NCBI RefSeq assembly: GCF_036555685.1
Contig: NZ_DATBKY010000172.1
Location: 6,412 to 70,411, forward strand
Length of the DNA: 64,000 nucleotides
Origin: Actinophytocola sp.
GTDB lineage: Bacteria > Actinomycetota > Actinomycetes > Mycobacteriales > Pseudonocardiaceae
Direction: 5' to 3'
Shown here: positions 40,001-48,607 of the stretch, in pieces
Numbering within the stretch: position 1 is the first letter of the stretch
Layout of the letters: every line of letters starts with the position of its first letter
Made by a program: the position numbers and the translations under genes
The notes under the pieces: model-generated
The model's database searches: none
Told to the model about the DNA's origin: nothing
Seen by the model: only the letters and a program-made list of their open reading frames with translations

Positions 40001-40558
40001 CGCCACGTTGGCGTGGCTGACGACGACGCCCTTGGGCCGGCCGGTCGAGCCGGACGTGTAGATGACGTAGGCCGCGTTCGCCGGCACGGCCGGGCAGGTG
40101 AAGTCGTCCCGCCCCGCATCCGGAAGGTCGACCATGGACACGTCGGTACCGGCGAACACGGAGCGGCCGGCGGCGTCGGCGACCACGCACGTCACGCCCG
40201 CGTCCCGCGCGGTGTCGGTCAGCCGCAACGCCGGCAGATCGGGGTCGAGGGGAACGTAGGCGCCGCCGGACAGCAGCACGCCGACGAGTGCCACGAGCAG
40301 TCCGGGATGCCGCCCGACGCAGATGCCGACCCGGTCCTCGGGCCGGATGCCGGCCGCGTGCAGCGTCGCGGCGAGCCGGCGGGCGGCGGCCAGCAGCTCC
40401 GCGTAGGTGAGCTCGGTGTCCCACTGGCGCACGGCGACGGCGTCCGGCTGCGCCGTGGCGGTCGCGGCGATCAGCTCGCCCACGGTGCCGTCCGGGATGC
40501 CCGGCCGGTCGGCGACCATCCACTCCGGAGGTACCGCGGACAACGGGGCCGCGCTCAT
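37076..40558 (-). CDS. NRPS: A - T - C - T (1160 aa)
   Basis: Intact A (YTSGSTGRPKG, GYGPTE, RSGD, KVRGQRVEL, DKVD); T1 GGGHSL (~38910); C with NHAVFDG (~38340); T2 FFDLGGTSM (~37272). Confidence 0.92.
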   Translation of the reverse strand: MSAAPLSAVPPEWMVADRPGIPDGTVGELIAATATAQPDAVAVRQWDTELTYAELLAAARRLAATLHAAGIRPEDRVGICVGRHPGLLVALVGVLLSGGAYVPLDPDLPALRLTDTARDAGVTCVVADAAGRSVFAGTDVSMVDLPDAGRDDFTCPAVPANAAYVIYTSGSTGRPKGVVVSHANVAAFMTGIRERGRMEHGARALAITSIAFDVSVLELLVALMVGASVQLAAEADRADPDRLRRFLVAHEVTWAEVAPALLPLLDPADLPLVRAVVTGAEAPGPEQVARWTANGRRLMNGYGPTETTVAVAGFVVSGEWHTPIPIGRPMLNHRLYVVDEDLRLVPPEVPGELLIGGPGVSRGYLGAPGLTADRFVPDPFGAVPGERLYRSGDLVSWGADGQLRFHGRTDRQVKVRGQRVELAEVEAAVRAHPDVGHAVVAAVPGRTEVSLAAFVTPANAPDDAELRDYLTARLPAVMVPTRFRRLAELPLTPSDKVDVAALVAGLTAELPAGVADVPGVPAEVVVIWCDVLGVPAVSAEDDFFAGGGHSLAAMRLVAALRQQLRRDVAVEDVFAARTLGGLAKRVAAAAELSDVDGTDLPTGNPPALSAAQRRLWFLDQLAPDAAAYNIALAQRLHGHLDLDALRRALVEVVARHDVLRWRVPHEGGHPYAVLGPVAEVPLPVEDLSSLPADERERVVRDRLHAEAGTRFDLAAGGLLRARLLRLGATEHVLAITANHAVFDGWSERILYQELAAAYAGTVRPPLPAAFADYVAWREERSGRRGKDDLAWWTGHLGGAPTVLDLPRDHPRPAEQSYAGEFAAADLRPATDAAIRALAAELGATPSTVVLAAYGELLRRVAGRDEVVIGSPVADRRHAAFADLIGFFVDIVPLRLGRTGDSTFVELVTGCRDELFDALAHPDAPLEQIVDALTLPRDPSRGALVQVLFNVYNFAQAPLELPGIRVEPLPPGVPGSPFDLTTYLVERDGRMRFELVYNPDLFAAQRIETMLAALVHLLDAALADPLAPVGSFAIPQLGTLRAGLTAEPVPSTEPVRAEPAEPPGGPTERVVAAAWCAVLRRESVGVTQNFFDLGGTSMDLVSLAKLLPGEPRVVDLFSYPTVRALAAFLDGQADRAVVSGAAERGAARRGRRRTAGRARRT

Positions 40559-41023
40559 CGGGCCGGCTCCGCCGGGACGGCGGTGGTGCGCGGCAGGGCG
40601 CGCGCTCGCCGTTGGCTGCGGGCCCGGCTGGCTAAGTTGCCGGCCGACTCGTCGCCCGTCATCGCGCGACCTCCGCCGGGTCGCCCGGGCGCGGCGACGT
40701 GTCTCGCCGAACCTGCCATGAAGTTCCGGGTAGCCCGGTCGTACGCTCCGGCAGCTCGGCTAATGACAGCGTCATCATCCCCTTGGATTGCTCGGCCGTA
40801 CGCACGGAAAAGCGGCCCGTGCGCGCTCGGGCAACCCTGGCTTGTTATGGCTCGTTAATGTCCAACCGAGTCGGACTCTAACCGTTTGCAACGCCGCGAG
40901 ACAAGCGATCCGCGCGGGTGTCATATCCGCCGGAAGATCGGCGATCCGCGCCATTCTGTGCGCCGATCAGCCGGTCCCGTCTACTCCGGTCGGCGGTACC
41001 TCGGCGGTAGCCGTAACCCGGAA

Positions 41024-41040
41024 TGGTTGCGAAGTAACCA
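41024..41040. promoter_or_regulatory. Imperfect 17-bp palindrome in the divergent promoter region of the NRPS operon
   Basis: TGGTTGC-GAA-GTAACCA; arms complementary at 6 of 7 positions. Confidence 0.3.
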
Positions 41041-41260
41041 AATGCGTGACTCGGGGTGATCGCAGGCGCCACTTCGGACTCCGGTCACCGGTCCCGGGGC
41101 GCGGGCGTCGACCGCTCGGGTGGTGGTCCGGCAATCGAGCGCGGGCGCCCTTTTCGCCGACGCGAAATAAGCGTTTGCCGGATTTATGTCGTTTTGCACG
41201 TGGCACCGCCGAGCCGGTGCCGCCTTTCCCGCTCGGCCGGCGGCGCTTACCGTCGGCACC

Positions 41261-42337
41261 ATGGCCTCGAGGACCGTCCGCGGCGATCGCCCGCGTCCGC
41301 GGGGCCCGCTCGCCACCGCCTGGCGCGGTCCGGCCGGGCGGGTGACGAACCTGGCGCTGCTGACCGCGCTGCTGCTGGCGTTCGCCACCGGCCTCGGCGC
41401 GGTCGCGACGGGCTCCGCCACCGGCCGGTGGGTCGTCATCGCCCACGGGATCGTGGCGATGGCGGTCGTGCTGCTGGTGCCGTGGAAGGGTCGCGTCGTG
41501 CGGCGCGGGCTGCGCCGCCACCGGCTGACCCGCTGGCTGTCGCTGCTGCTCGCGGGCCTCGTGGTGACGACGCTGCTCGCCGGCCTCGGCTACACGACCG
41601 GGCTCGTGCGCACCGTCGGCGGCGTGCTCGTGATGTGGATCCACGTCGCCGCCGCGCTCGTGCTGCTTCCCCTCGCCGTCTGGCACGCCATCGCCCGGCG
41701 GCCCCGGCCACGCCGCGCGGACCTGTCCCGCCGCTCGCTGCTGCGGGCAGGCCTGTTCACGGGTGCCGCGGCCGGCCTGTACCTCGCGCAGACCGCGGTC
41801 GTCACCGTCGCCGGCCTGCCCGGCAGCCGGCGGCGCTTCACCGGCTCCTACGAGGCCGGCTCGTTCGACGCCGCCGCGATGCCCAGCTACTCGTGGCTCG
41901 ACGACACCACCCCGGTCGTCGACCCGGACCGCTGGCGCCTCGCCGTCGACGACGGCCGCACGACGCGTTCGCTCGCACTCGCGGACCTGGCCGCGTTCGG
42001 CACGCGCGTGCGCGCCACGCTCGACTGCACGTCCGGCTGGTATGCCGAGCACGACTGGGCCGGCGTCCCGGTCCGCGCACTGCTCCCCCACCCCGGCGAG
42101 GCACGCAGCGTGCTCGTCCGGTCCAGCACCGGCTACTGGATCCGCTTGCCCGTCGCCGACCTCGACCGCCTGCTGCTCGCCACGACGATCGACGGCAAGC
42201 CCCTACGCCCCGGCCACGGCTACCCGGTCCGACTCGTCGCGCCCGGCCGCCGTGGCTTCTGGTGGGTCAAGTGGGTCGACCGGCTCGAGCTCAGCCGAAC
42301 GCCGTGGTGGTGGCAGTCGCCGTTCCCGCTCACCTGA
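41261..42337 (+). CDS. Membrane-anchored molybdopterin-dependent oxidoreductase (MsrP/sulfite oxidase-like)
   Basis: N-terminal TM helices with His residues, LDCTSGW (Mo-ligating Cys), HGYPVRLVAPGRRGFWWVKWV. Confidence 0.85.
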   Translation: MASRTVRGDRPRPRGPLATAWRGPAGRVTNLALLTALLLAFATGLGAVATGSATGRWVVIAHGIVAMAVVLLVPWKGRVVRRGLRRHRLTRWLSLLLAGLVVTTLLAGLGYTTGLVRTVGGVLVMWIHVAAALVLLPLAVWHAIARRPRPRRADLSRRSLLRAGLFTGAAAGLYLAQTAVVTVAGLPGSRRRFTGSYEAGSFDAAAMPSYSWLDDTTPVVDPDRWRLAVDDGRTTRSLALADLAAFGTRVRATLDCTSGWYAEHDWAGVPVRALLPHPGEARSVLVRSSTGYWIRLPVADLDRLLLATTIDGKPLRPGHGYPVRLVAPGRRGFWWVKWVDRLELSRTPWWWQSPFPLT

Positions 42338-42339
42338 GC

Positions 42340-43305
42340 TCACATCACGAGGACGAGCTTGCCGCGCGTGCCGGGTGCGAGGACACGCCGGTGTGCCTCG
42401 GCGGCCTCCCGCAGCGGCAGCTCGTCGCCGACGACGGGCGCGAGCGTCCCGGAACCGAGCTTGGCCGCGACCGCGGCGAGGGCGGCGGCCGACTCGGCCG
42501 CGGTCGCGTTCCACAGGGCGGTGCCGTGGATCGTGGCCTCCTTGCGCATCGTGAGGCGCGGGGTGAAGTCGAGCGAGCCGCGGCTGCCGACGACGACGAT
42601 CCGGCCGTACCGCGCGACGACCTCGAGGTCGTGGCCGAGGTTGACGTCGGCCAGCATCTCGACGATCACGTCCGGCGCCAGGTCGGCGAGCTCATCGAGG
42701 TAGCCGGCGGACGTGTGGTCGAGGACGTGGTGCGCGCCGGCCGCGCGGACGAGCTCCGCGCCTGCCGGGCTGCCCGCGGTACCGATCACGGTCGCGCCGG
42801 CGTCGCGCGCGAGCTGCGTGGCGGGCAGACCGACACCGCCGCTCGCACCGTGGATCAGCACGGTTTCGCCGGGCTGGAGGGCGGCCTTCTGGAACAGTGC
42901 GCGCCACGCCGTCGCGCACGGGACGCCGATCGCGGCGCCCTGCCGGAAGGTCAGCGAGCCCGGCAGCGGCCGCACGTCGGCGGCGGCGGTGACGGCGAGC
43001 TCCGCGTAGGCGCCGGAGAACCCCGGCGTGCCCAGCGAGCTCACGAAGACCCGGTCGCCGGGCGACACGGACACGACCCCCGCGCCGACCGCGTCGACCA
43101 CGCCGGCGCCGTCGAAGCCCGGCGTGTACGGCAGCTCCGGGGTGAAGAACGCGTAGTGGCCGGTGCGGACGTAGGTGTCGGCGGGGTTGACGCCCGCGGC
43201 GTGCAGCCGGACGCGCACCTGCCCGGCGGCCGGCTCGGGATCGGGCAGCTCCGCGTACTCGAGCACGTCCTCCGCGCCGAACGCCGTGACCCGGACCGCG
43301 TGCAC
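42340..43305 (-). CDS. NADPH:quinone oxidoreductase (zeta-crystallin/MDR family)
   Basis: GVNPAD, PGFDGAGVV, HGASGGVG, GKLVL. Confidence 0.92.
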   Translation of the reverse strand: MHAVRVTAFGAEDVLEYAELPDPEPAAGQVRVRLHAAGVNPADTYVRTGHYAFFTPELPYTPGFDGAGVVDAVGAGVVSVSPGDRVFVSSLGTPGFSGAYAELAVTAAADVRPLPGSLTFRQGAAIGVPCATAWRALFQKAALQPGETVLIHGASGGVGLPATQLARDAGATVIGTAGSPAGAELVRAAGAHHVLDHTSAGYLDELADLAPDVIVEMLADVNLGHDLEVVARYGRIVVVGSRGSLDFTPRLTMRKEATIHGTALWNATAAESAAALAAVAAKLGSGTLAPVVGDELPLREAAEAHRRVLAPGTRGKLVLVM

Positions 43306-43306
43306 G

Positions 43307-43705
43307 TCAGTCGCCGGCCTGCTTGCGGGCGTGGTCGAGCAGCGACTTGCGCGGCGGGTTGAACACGTCGATCTCGCGGCACGTCGTGTCCCTGGTCTGC
43401 GCGCCGTGCGGCACCCATGACGGGATCACGGCGACGTCGCCCGCGCGCATCGTGCGGGTCTCCCCGTCCAAGGTGAACTCGAACTCGCCCTCGAGGACGA
43501 TCGTGATCTGCTCCTCCTCGTGGACGTGCAGCGGGGCGGTCGTGTGCTCCGCGAAGTCCACGAAGTTGACCATGGTGTTCGGCGCGAGCACCGGCCGGAA
43601 CTCCAGGCCCTCGACGAACTCGACGGCCTCGACGTCGCCGACGGTCACGTAGCGGCCGGGCGCGGTCGGCGTGCCACTGGCCTCGGTGCTGAAGTGCTCG
43701 GTCAT
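43307..43705 (-). CDS. Cupin-domain protein
   Basis: HVHEEEQ...LEG...IPSWVPHG metal-binding cupin motifs; FNPPR. Confidence 0.9.
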   Translation of the reverse strand: MTEHFSTEASGTPTAPGRYVTVGDVEAVEFVEGLEFRPVLAPNTMVNFVDFAEHTTAPLHVHEEEQITIVLEGEFEFTLDGETRTMRAGDVAVIPSWVPHGAQTRDTTCREIDVFNPPRKSLLDHARKQAGD

Positions 43706-43832
43706 GGCAGTTCCGCCTCCCCGGGATCAACCCTGTTGGTCGCCTTTGATCGAATCAGTGCGGTCGAGCACGTACCTGTGGCTCTGTCGCGTCCCGGTCC
43801 CCTTGGCTGCGGTTGGGGAGCGCACGGTCCTG

Positions 43833-44348
43833 TCACGGTTCCTCCCGGTGCGGCGTCGTCGAAGTGGCTGCCAGGCTGGTCAGTACCCGCTTGGCGAAGT
43901 TGTCGGGTGTGTAGGCGTAGAGGACGAGCGCGGTCTCGGTGTGCCGGATGCCGGGCAGGGCGAGCAGGCGTTCGAAGTACACCTCGTTGAGGTGGTCCTG
44001 GTCGCGCACCCGCAGCCGCACCTGCAGGTCGTCCTTGCCGGTCACCAGGTCGACGGCCTCGACCTCGGGGATCTGCACGACCTTCCGCGCCAGCTCGCGC
44101 TGGTTGTCGCTGCGCTCGGAGGCGATGCCGACGACGACCGTGAGCGACCGGCCGAGCAGCGCGTAGTCGAGCTCCGCGCGGTAGCCCCGGATCACGCCGA
44201 GCGACTCGAGCCGGCCGATCCGATCGGCGACCGCGGGCGGCGACATGCCGACCGCCCGGGCGATCGCGCGCTGGGATAGCCGGGCGTCGCCGGAGAGGTA
44301 CTCGAGGATCTGCACGTCCGTCTCGTCGAGGCGCGGCGGCAGCGGCAC
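43833..44348 (-). CDS. Lrp/AsnC-family transcriptional regulator
   Basis: LDETDVQILEYLSGDARLS...IARAVGMSPPAV..RIGRLE..GVI; VTGKDD; AAGGAG RBS before GTG 44348. Confidence 0.92.
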   Translation of the reverse strand: MPLPPRLDETDVQILEYLSGDARLSQRAIARAVGMSPPAVADRIGRLESLGVIRGYRAELDYALLGRSLTVVVGIASERSDNQRELARKVVQIPEVEAVDLVTGKDDLQVRLRVRDQDHLNEVYFERLLALPGIRHTETALVLYAYTPDNFAKRVLTSLAATSTTPHREEP

Positions 44349-44444
44349 GGAAATCTCCTTGTCGATTGACACGTCGCGAGCAATCATAGACTGACGAACG
44401 TAAGACTCAAGCCGATCAAGACCGTACGTTTGCGAGGATGGGTC

Positions 44445-45614
44445 GTGAAGTACGCAGACCGGGTGCGCCGAGTCGTGCCCTCCGCGATCAGGGACCTGCT
44501 GCGGCACGGGGCCGACCCGCGGATCATCTCCTTCGGCGGCGGCTACCCGGATCCGGCGCTGTTCCCCATGGCCGAACTGCGCGCGGTCTACGACGAGCTG
44601 CTCGCCGGGAACCCGTTGTCCTTGCAGTACTGCCCGTCCGACGGGCTGCCGGAGCTGCGCGAGCACGTGGCCAAGCGGCTCGCCGCCGACGGCATCGACC
44701 GCGGCGCGGACGACGTGCTGATCATCCAGGGCGCGCAGCAGGGCCTCGACCTCGCCGGGAAGCTCGTGCTGAACCCGGGCGACACGGTGGTCACGGAGAA
44801 CCCGACGTTCCTCGGCGCGCTGATTGCGTTCAACCCGTTCGAGCCGGACTACGCGCCCGTGCGCACCGACGAGTCCGGAATGGACACCGACGACCTCGCA
44901 CGCGTGCTGGCCGGGTCGCCACGGGCTCGGTTGCTGTACACCGTGCCGGAGTTCCAGAACCCGACCGGCGTGACGATGAGCCTCGAGCGCCGGCGCCGGC
45001 TCATCGAGCTGGCAAACGAGTACGACCTGCTGGTCGTCGAGGACACCCCGTACCGCGCGCTGCGCTACGACGGCGAGCACCTGCCGACGCTGAAGAGCCT
45101 CGACACCGAGGGGCGGGTCGTGCACCTCGGCAGCTTCTCCAAGATCCTGGCGCCGGGCATGCGTCTCGGCTGGGCCGTGGCCGACGGCGACGTGCTGGAG
45201 AAGCTGGGGCTGCTCAAGCTCGCCGCGGACACGCAGTGCAGCACGCTCAACATGGCGGCCGTGTCGCTGTACCTGGACCGCTACGACATCGACGCGCACA
45301 TCGTCACGATGCGCGATGCGTACCGGCACAAGCGCGACCTGATGCTGGGCATCCTCGACGACGCCTTCCCCGGCACCGTCCGGCACACGACCCCGCAGGG
45401 CGGCCTGTTCACCTGGCTCACGTTCCCGTCCGGCTTCGACACGGTGGCGTTCATGCGCGACGTCGCGCTGCCCGAGGCGCGCGTGGCGTACGTGCCGGGC
45501 ACGACGTTCTTCCCGACGGAGCCGGAACACAACCACGCGCGGCTGAACTTCTCCGGCCTGCCGGACGATCGCATCAACGACGGCCTGACCCGGCTGGCCG
45601 CGCACCTGCGGTAG
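44445..45614 (+). CDS. PLP-dependent aminotransferase class I/II (2-aminoadipate transaminase-like)
   Basis: IISFGGGYPD, QNPTG, EDTPY, SFSKILAPGMRLG (PLP lysine), GGLFTW, RLNFS. Confidence 0.92.
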   Translation: MKYADRVRRVVPSAIRDLLRHGADPRIISFGGGYPDPALFPMAELRAVYDELLAGNPLSLQYCPSDGLPELREHVAKRLAADGIDRGADDVLIIQGAQQGLDLAGKLVLNPGDTVVTENPTFLGALIAFNPFEPDYAPVRTDESGMDTDDLARVLAGSPRARLLYTVPEFQNPTGVTMSLERRRRLIELANEYDLLVVEDTPYRALRYDGEHLPTLKSLDTEGRVVHLGSFSKILAPGMRLGWAVADGDVLEKLGLLKLAADTQCSTLNMAAVSLYLDRYDIDAHIVTMRDAYRHKRDLMLGILDDAFPGTVRHTTPQGGLFTWLTFPSGFDTVAFMRDVALPEARVAYVPGTTFFPTEPEHNHARLNFSGLPDDRINDGLTRLAAHLR

Positions 45615-45631
45615 CCGTCAGAGTAGGCGCC

Positions 45632-46246
45632 ATGACCGGACACCCGGTGTTCGCCGCGTTGTACGACAGGATGAACGGCGCCGCCGAGCGCGAGATCTTC
45701 GCGCCGCTGCGGGCCCGCCTGCTCGCCGACCTGCCCGGCGTCGTGCTCGACGTCGGCGCCGGCACGGGCGCGAACCTCCCGCACTTCCGTGCCGCCACGC
45801 GGGTGCACGCGGTCGAGCCCGACCCGGCGATGCGGACCCGCCTCACCGCGAAGCTCGACCAGGCGGCCGTGCCCGTGGACGTCACCGCCGCGCCGGCGGA
45901 GACGCTGCCGTTCGCGGACGCCGCCGTGGACGCGGTCGTCTTCACGCTCGTGCTCTGCTCGGTCGCCGACCAGGCGAAGACCCTCGCCGAGGCGCGGCGC
46001 GTGCTCAAGCCGGGCGGCCGGCTCGCGGTTCTCGAGCACGTCCGCAACACCGGCGGCCACGCACGCTGGCAGCGCCTCGCGACCCCGCTGTGCATCTGGC
46101 TGGCCGGCGGCTGCCACCCCAACCGCGACACCCCCACCGCGATCGAGCAGGCGGGCTTCACCTTCGAGGAACGCGAGATCCTCGACCCGCTTCCCAAGAT
46201 CGTGCCGACCCGCCCCTGGCTCTACGCGACGGCCTCCGTGCGCTGA
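45632..46246 (+). CDS. Class I SAM-dependent methyltransferase
   Basis: VLDVGAGTG, VEPD, LVLCSV, LKPGG, GGCHPNRD. Confidence 0.9.
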   Translation: MTGHPVFAALYDRMNGAAEREIFAPLRARLLADLPGVVLDVGAGTGANLPHFRAATRVHAVEPDPAMRTRLTAKLDQAAVPVDVTAAPAETLPFADAAVDAVVFTLVLCSVADQAKTLAEARRVLKPGGRLAVLEHVRNTGGHARWQRLATPLCIWLAGGCHPNRDTPTAIEQAGFTFEEREILDPLPKIVPTRPWLYATASVR

Positions 46247-46435
46247 CCGAACAGGTCAGGCGGCCCGCGGTGGAGAAGTCGCAGAGGTTCGCCGGTCGGG
46301 GCGGCCGGTCGCAGCTGATCTTCACCGCGCCCGCGGCCCACCGCAGCGCGGCGAGGATCGTGGTGCCCGACCGGTCCCGGCACAGCGGAGACAAAACATG
46401 GCGGGCGCGCCTGGGCAGATCAGTAAGGTCGTCCC

Positions 46436-47296
46436 GTGGAACCAGGTGGGGAGGTGTCCGCGCTGCGGGCGCTCATGGACGGTGACCAGGCGCGGGCACG
46501 GGCGGAGCTCGCCGCCCGGGTGCGGCGGCCGCTGCTCAACGCCGCGCTCGCCGCGTACCTCGCGGGCGAGGGCGGCGGGCGGGTGTACGACCAGCCGGCC
46601 GCGTTCACGGCGTTCATCCGGGGTGGCGGCAACATCCGGCTCTACGACGCGACCACCGCCGCGCTCGCCGAGCGGTACGACCGTTTCGGCGTGCGCTCGC
46701 TCGTGGACCTCGGGTGCGGGGACGGCCGGGCGCTCGTCCCGGCGCTGGCGGCGTCCGGCCACTGCCCCGCGGTGACCTTGGTCGAACCGTCGCCCGCGTT
46801 GCTCACCCAAGCAAGTTCGGCGCTCGACGGGTACGGCGGGGCGGTCACGGCGCACGCCACCGATGCCACCACGTTCGCCACCGGAACGGCCGGTGGGTTC
46901 GACCTCGCCGAGTCCACTTTCGCCCTGCACGCGCTGCCGCACGAGGAACGCGCGGCGATGCTGACCGCGCTGCGCGGGCACGTCGGCCACCTCGTGCTCG
47001 CGGAGTTCGACGTGCCCGGCCACCCGCCCGGCAGCACCGAGCACCTCACGTTCCTCGCCGACACCTACGAGCAGGGTCTCGCCGAGTACGGCGCCGACCG
47101 GGACCTCGTGGCACAAGGGTTCCTCATGCCCGTCCTCGCCGGGCAGCTCGCACCCGGCGCCACGCGGAGCACCTGGGAGCAGCCGGCCACGGCGTGGGCC
47201 GACCAGCTCACCGCGTGCGGTTACCGCAACGTCGTGGTCGAGCCCCTGTGCGACTACTGGTCCTCCCCCGCGTTCGTCCTCACCGCCGACGCGTGA
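46436..47296 (+). CDS. Class I SAM-dependent methyltransferase
   Basis: VDLGCGDG, LVEPS, FALH; start uncertain (46436 or 46454). Confidence 0.8.
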   Translation: MEPGGEVSALRALMDGDQARARAELAARVRRPLLNAALAAYLAGEGGGRVYDQPAAFTAFIRGGGNIRLYDATTAALAERYDRFGVRSLVDLGCGDGRALVPALAASGHCPAVTLVEPSPALLTQASSALDGYGGAVTAHATDATTFATGTAGGFDLAESTFALHALPHEERAAMLTALRGHVGHLVLAEFDVPGHPPGSTEHLTFLADTYEQGLAEYGADRDLVAQGFLMPVLAGQLAPGATRSTWEQPATAWADQLTACGYRNVVVEPLCDYWSSPAFVLTADA

Positions 47297-47310
47297 CGGA
47301 CGGGTCGCAC

Positions 47311-48558
47311 ATGGACGGTCGGCTCGCGCGGCGCCTGGGCACGGGCGACGCCGTGGTCATCGGGCTCGGGGCGATGATCGGGGCAGGCGTGTTCGCCGCG
47401 TTCGGGCCGGCGGCGCGGGCGGCCGGCTCCTGGCTGCTCGCCGGCCTCGTGCTCGCCGCCGTGGTCGCCTACTGCAACGCCACCGCCTCGGCGCAGCTGG
47501 CCGCCGCGTACCCGACCTCCGGCGGCACCTACATCTACGGCCGCGAGCGCCTCGGCCACTGGTGGGGCTTCACGGCCGGGTGGGGATTCGTCGCCGGCAA
47601 GACCGCCTCGTGCGCGGCGATGGCACTCACCTTCGCGTCCTACGCCGTGCCCGGTCCGGTGTGGACGCAACGCGCGGCGGCGGTGGCCGCGGTGCTGGCC
47701 CTCGCCGCCCTCAACTACCGGGGCGTCACCAAGACCGCGCTGCTGACCCGCATCCTGGTCGCCGCGAGCCTGACCGCCCTGGCCGTCGTGGTCGTCGGCA
47801 TCGCGGCCGGCGGCCACGCCGGTGCCGCGAACCTCGCCGGGCCGGCGCCGAACGCCTACGGCGTCTTCCAGTCCGCGGGGCTGCTGTTCTTCGCCTTCGC
47901 CGGCTACGCGCGCATCGCCACCATGGGTGAGGAGGTCCGCGATCCGCGGCGCACGATCCCGCGCGCCATCCCCATCGCGCTGCTGATCACCGTCGCGGTC
48001 TACGTCGTGGTCGGCTTGGCGGCGCTGCTCGCGGCGGGCCCGGAGCGGCTGGCCTCGGCCACCGCCCCGCTGGTCGCCGCCGTTCGCGCCGCGGGCGCCG
48101 GCGCGCTCGCGCCGGTAGTGCACGTCGGGGGCGCGGTCGCGGCGCTCGGCGCGCTGCTGGCGCTGATCGCGGGTGTCGGCCGCACCTGCCTCGCCATGGC
48201 CCGCCACCGTGACCTGCCCGCCTGGCTCGCCGCCGTCCACCCCCGCTTCCTGGTGCCACACCACGCCGAGGTCGCGCTCGCCGTCGTGGTCTGCGTGCTC
48301 GTCGCCACGACGGATCTGCGCGGCGTGATCGGCTTCTCCTCGTTCGGCGTGCTGATCTACTACGCGATCGCCAACACGGCCGCGTACACGCAGCCCCCGG
48401 CCCAGCGGCGCTGGCCGCGGGCCCTGAACGTGCTGGGTGTCGCCGGCTGCCTGGCGCTGGTCGCGACGCTGCCGTGGCAGTCGGTCGTCGCGGGCGTGGG
48501 CATGTTCGCCGTCGGGCTGGCCGGCCGTGCGGCCGTGCGCGCACGATCCCGCGCCTGA
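47311..48558 (+). CDS. APC-family amino acid permease
   Basis: IGLGAMIGAGVF, PTSGGTY, FFAFAGY, EEVRDP motifs. Confidence 0.9.
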   Translation: MDGRLARRLGTGDAVVIGLGAMIGAGVFAAFGPAARAAGSWLLAGLVLAAVVAYCNATASAQLAAAYPTSGGTYIYGRERLGHWWGFTAGWGFVAGKTASCAAMALTFASYAVPGPVWTQRAAAVAAVLALAALNYRGVTKTALLTRILVAASLTALAVVVVGIAAGGHAGAANLAGPAPNAYGVFQSAGLLFFAFAGYARIATMGEEVRDPRRTIPRAIPIALLITVAVYVVVGLAALLAAGPERLASATAPLVAAVRAAGAGALAPVVHVGGAVAALGALLALIAGVGRTCLAMARHRDLPAWLAAVHPRFLVPHHAEVALAVVVCVLVATTDLRGVIGFSSFGVLIYYAIANTAAYTQPPAQRRWPRALNVLGVAGCLALVATLPWQSVVAGVGMFAVGLAGRAAVRARSRA

Positions 48559-48607
48559 ACGGCGGTTTCCGTACGGATGCGGCCGCGCGGTTGCTAGGTT
48601 GTGCGCG

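Noticed and set aside
23689-40858. Very long opposite-strand or off-frame ORFs over the NRPS genes (e.g. 23689-26760, 25307-28102, 31262-35668, 33271-37212, 33686-36640, 36849-40523, 37799-40858)
   Set aside because: These are shadow ORFs expected from high GC3 bias. They translate to Arg/Gly/Pro/Ala-rich text with no motifs and fully overlap genes with clear family signatures. Only the MbtH at the end of 36849-40523 is real.
40699-41072. Short ORFs in the NRPS promoter gap as possible RiPP precursor or leader peptides
   Set aside because: Codon usage is atypical for this genome, there is no convincing RBS, no core-peptide pattern and no RiPP maturase nearby.
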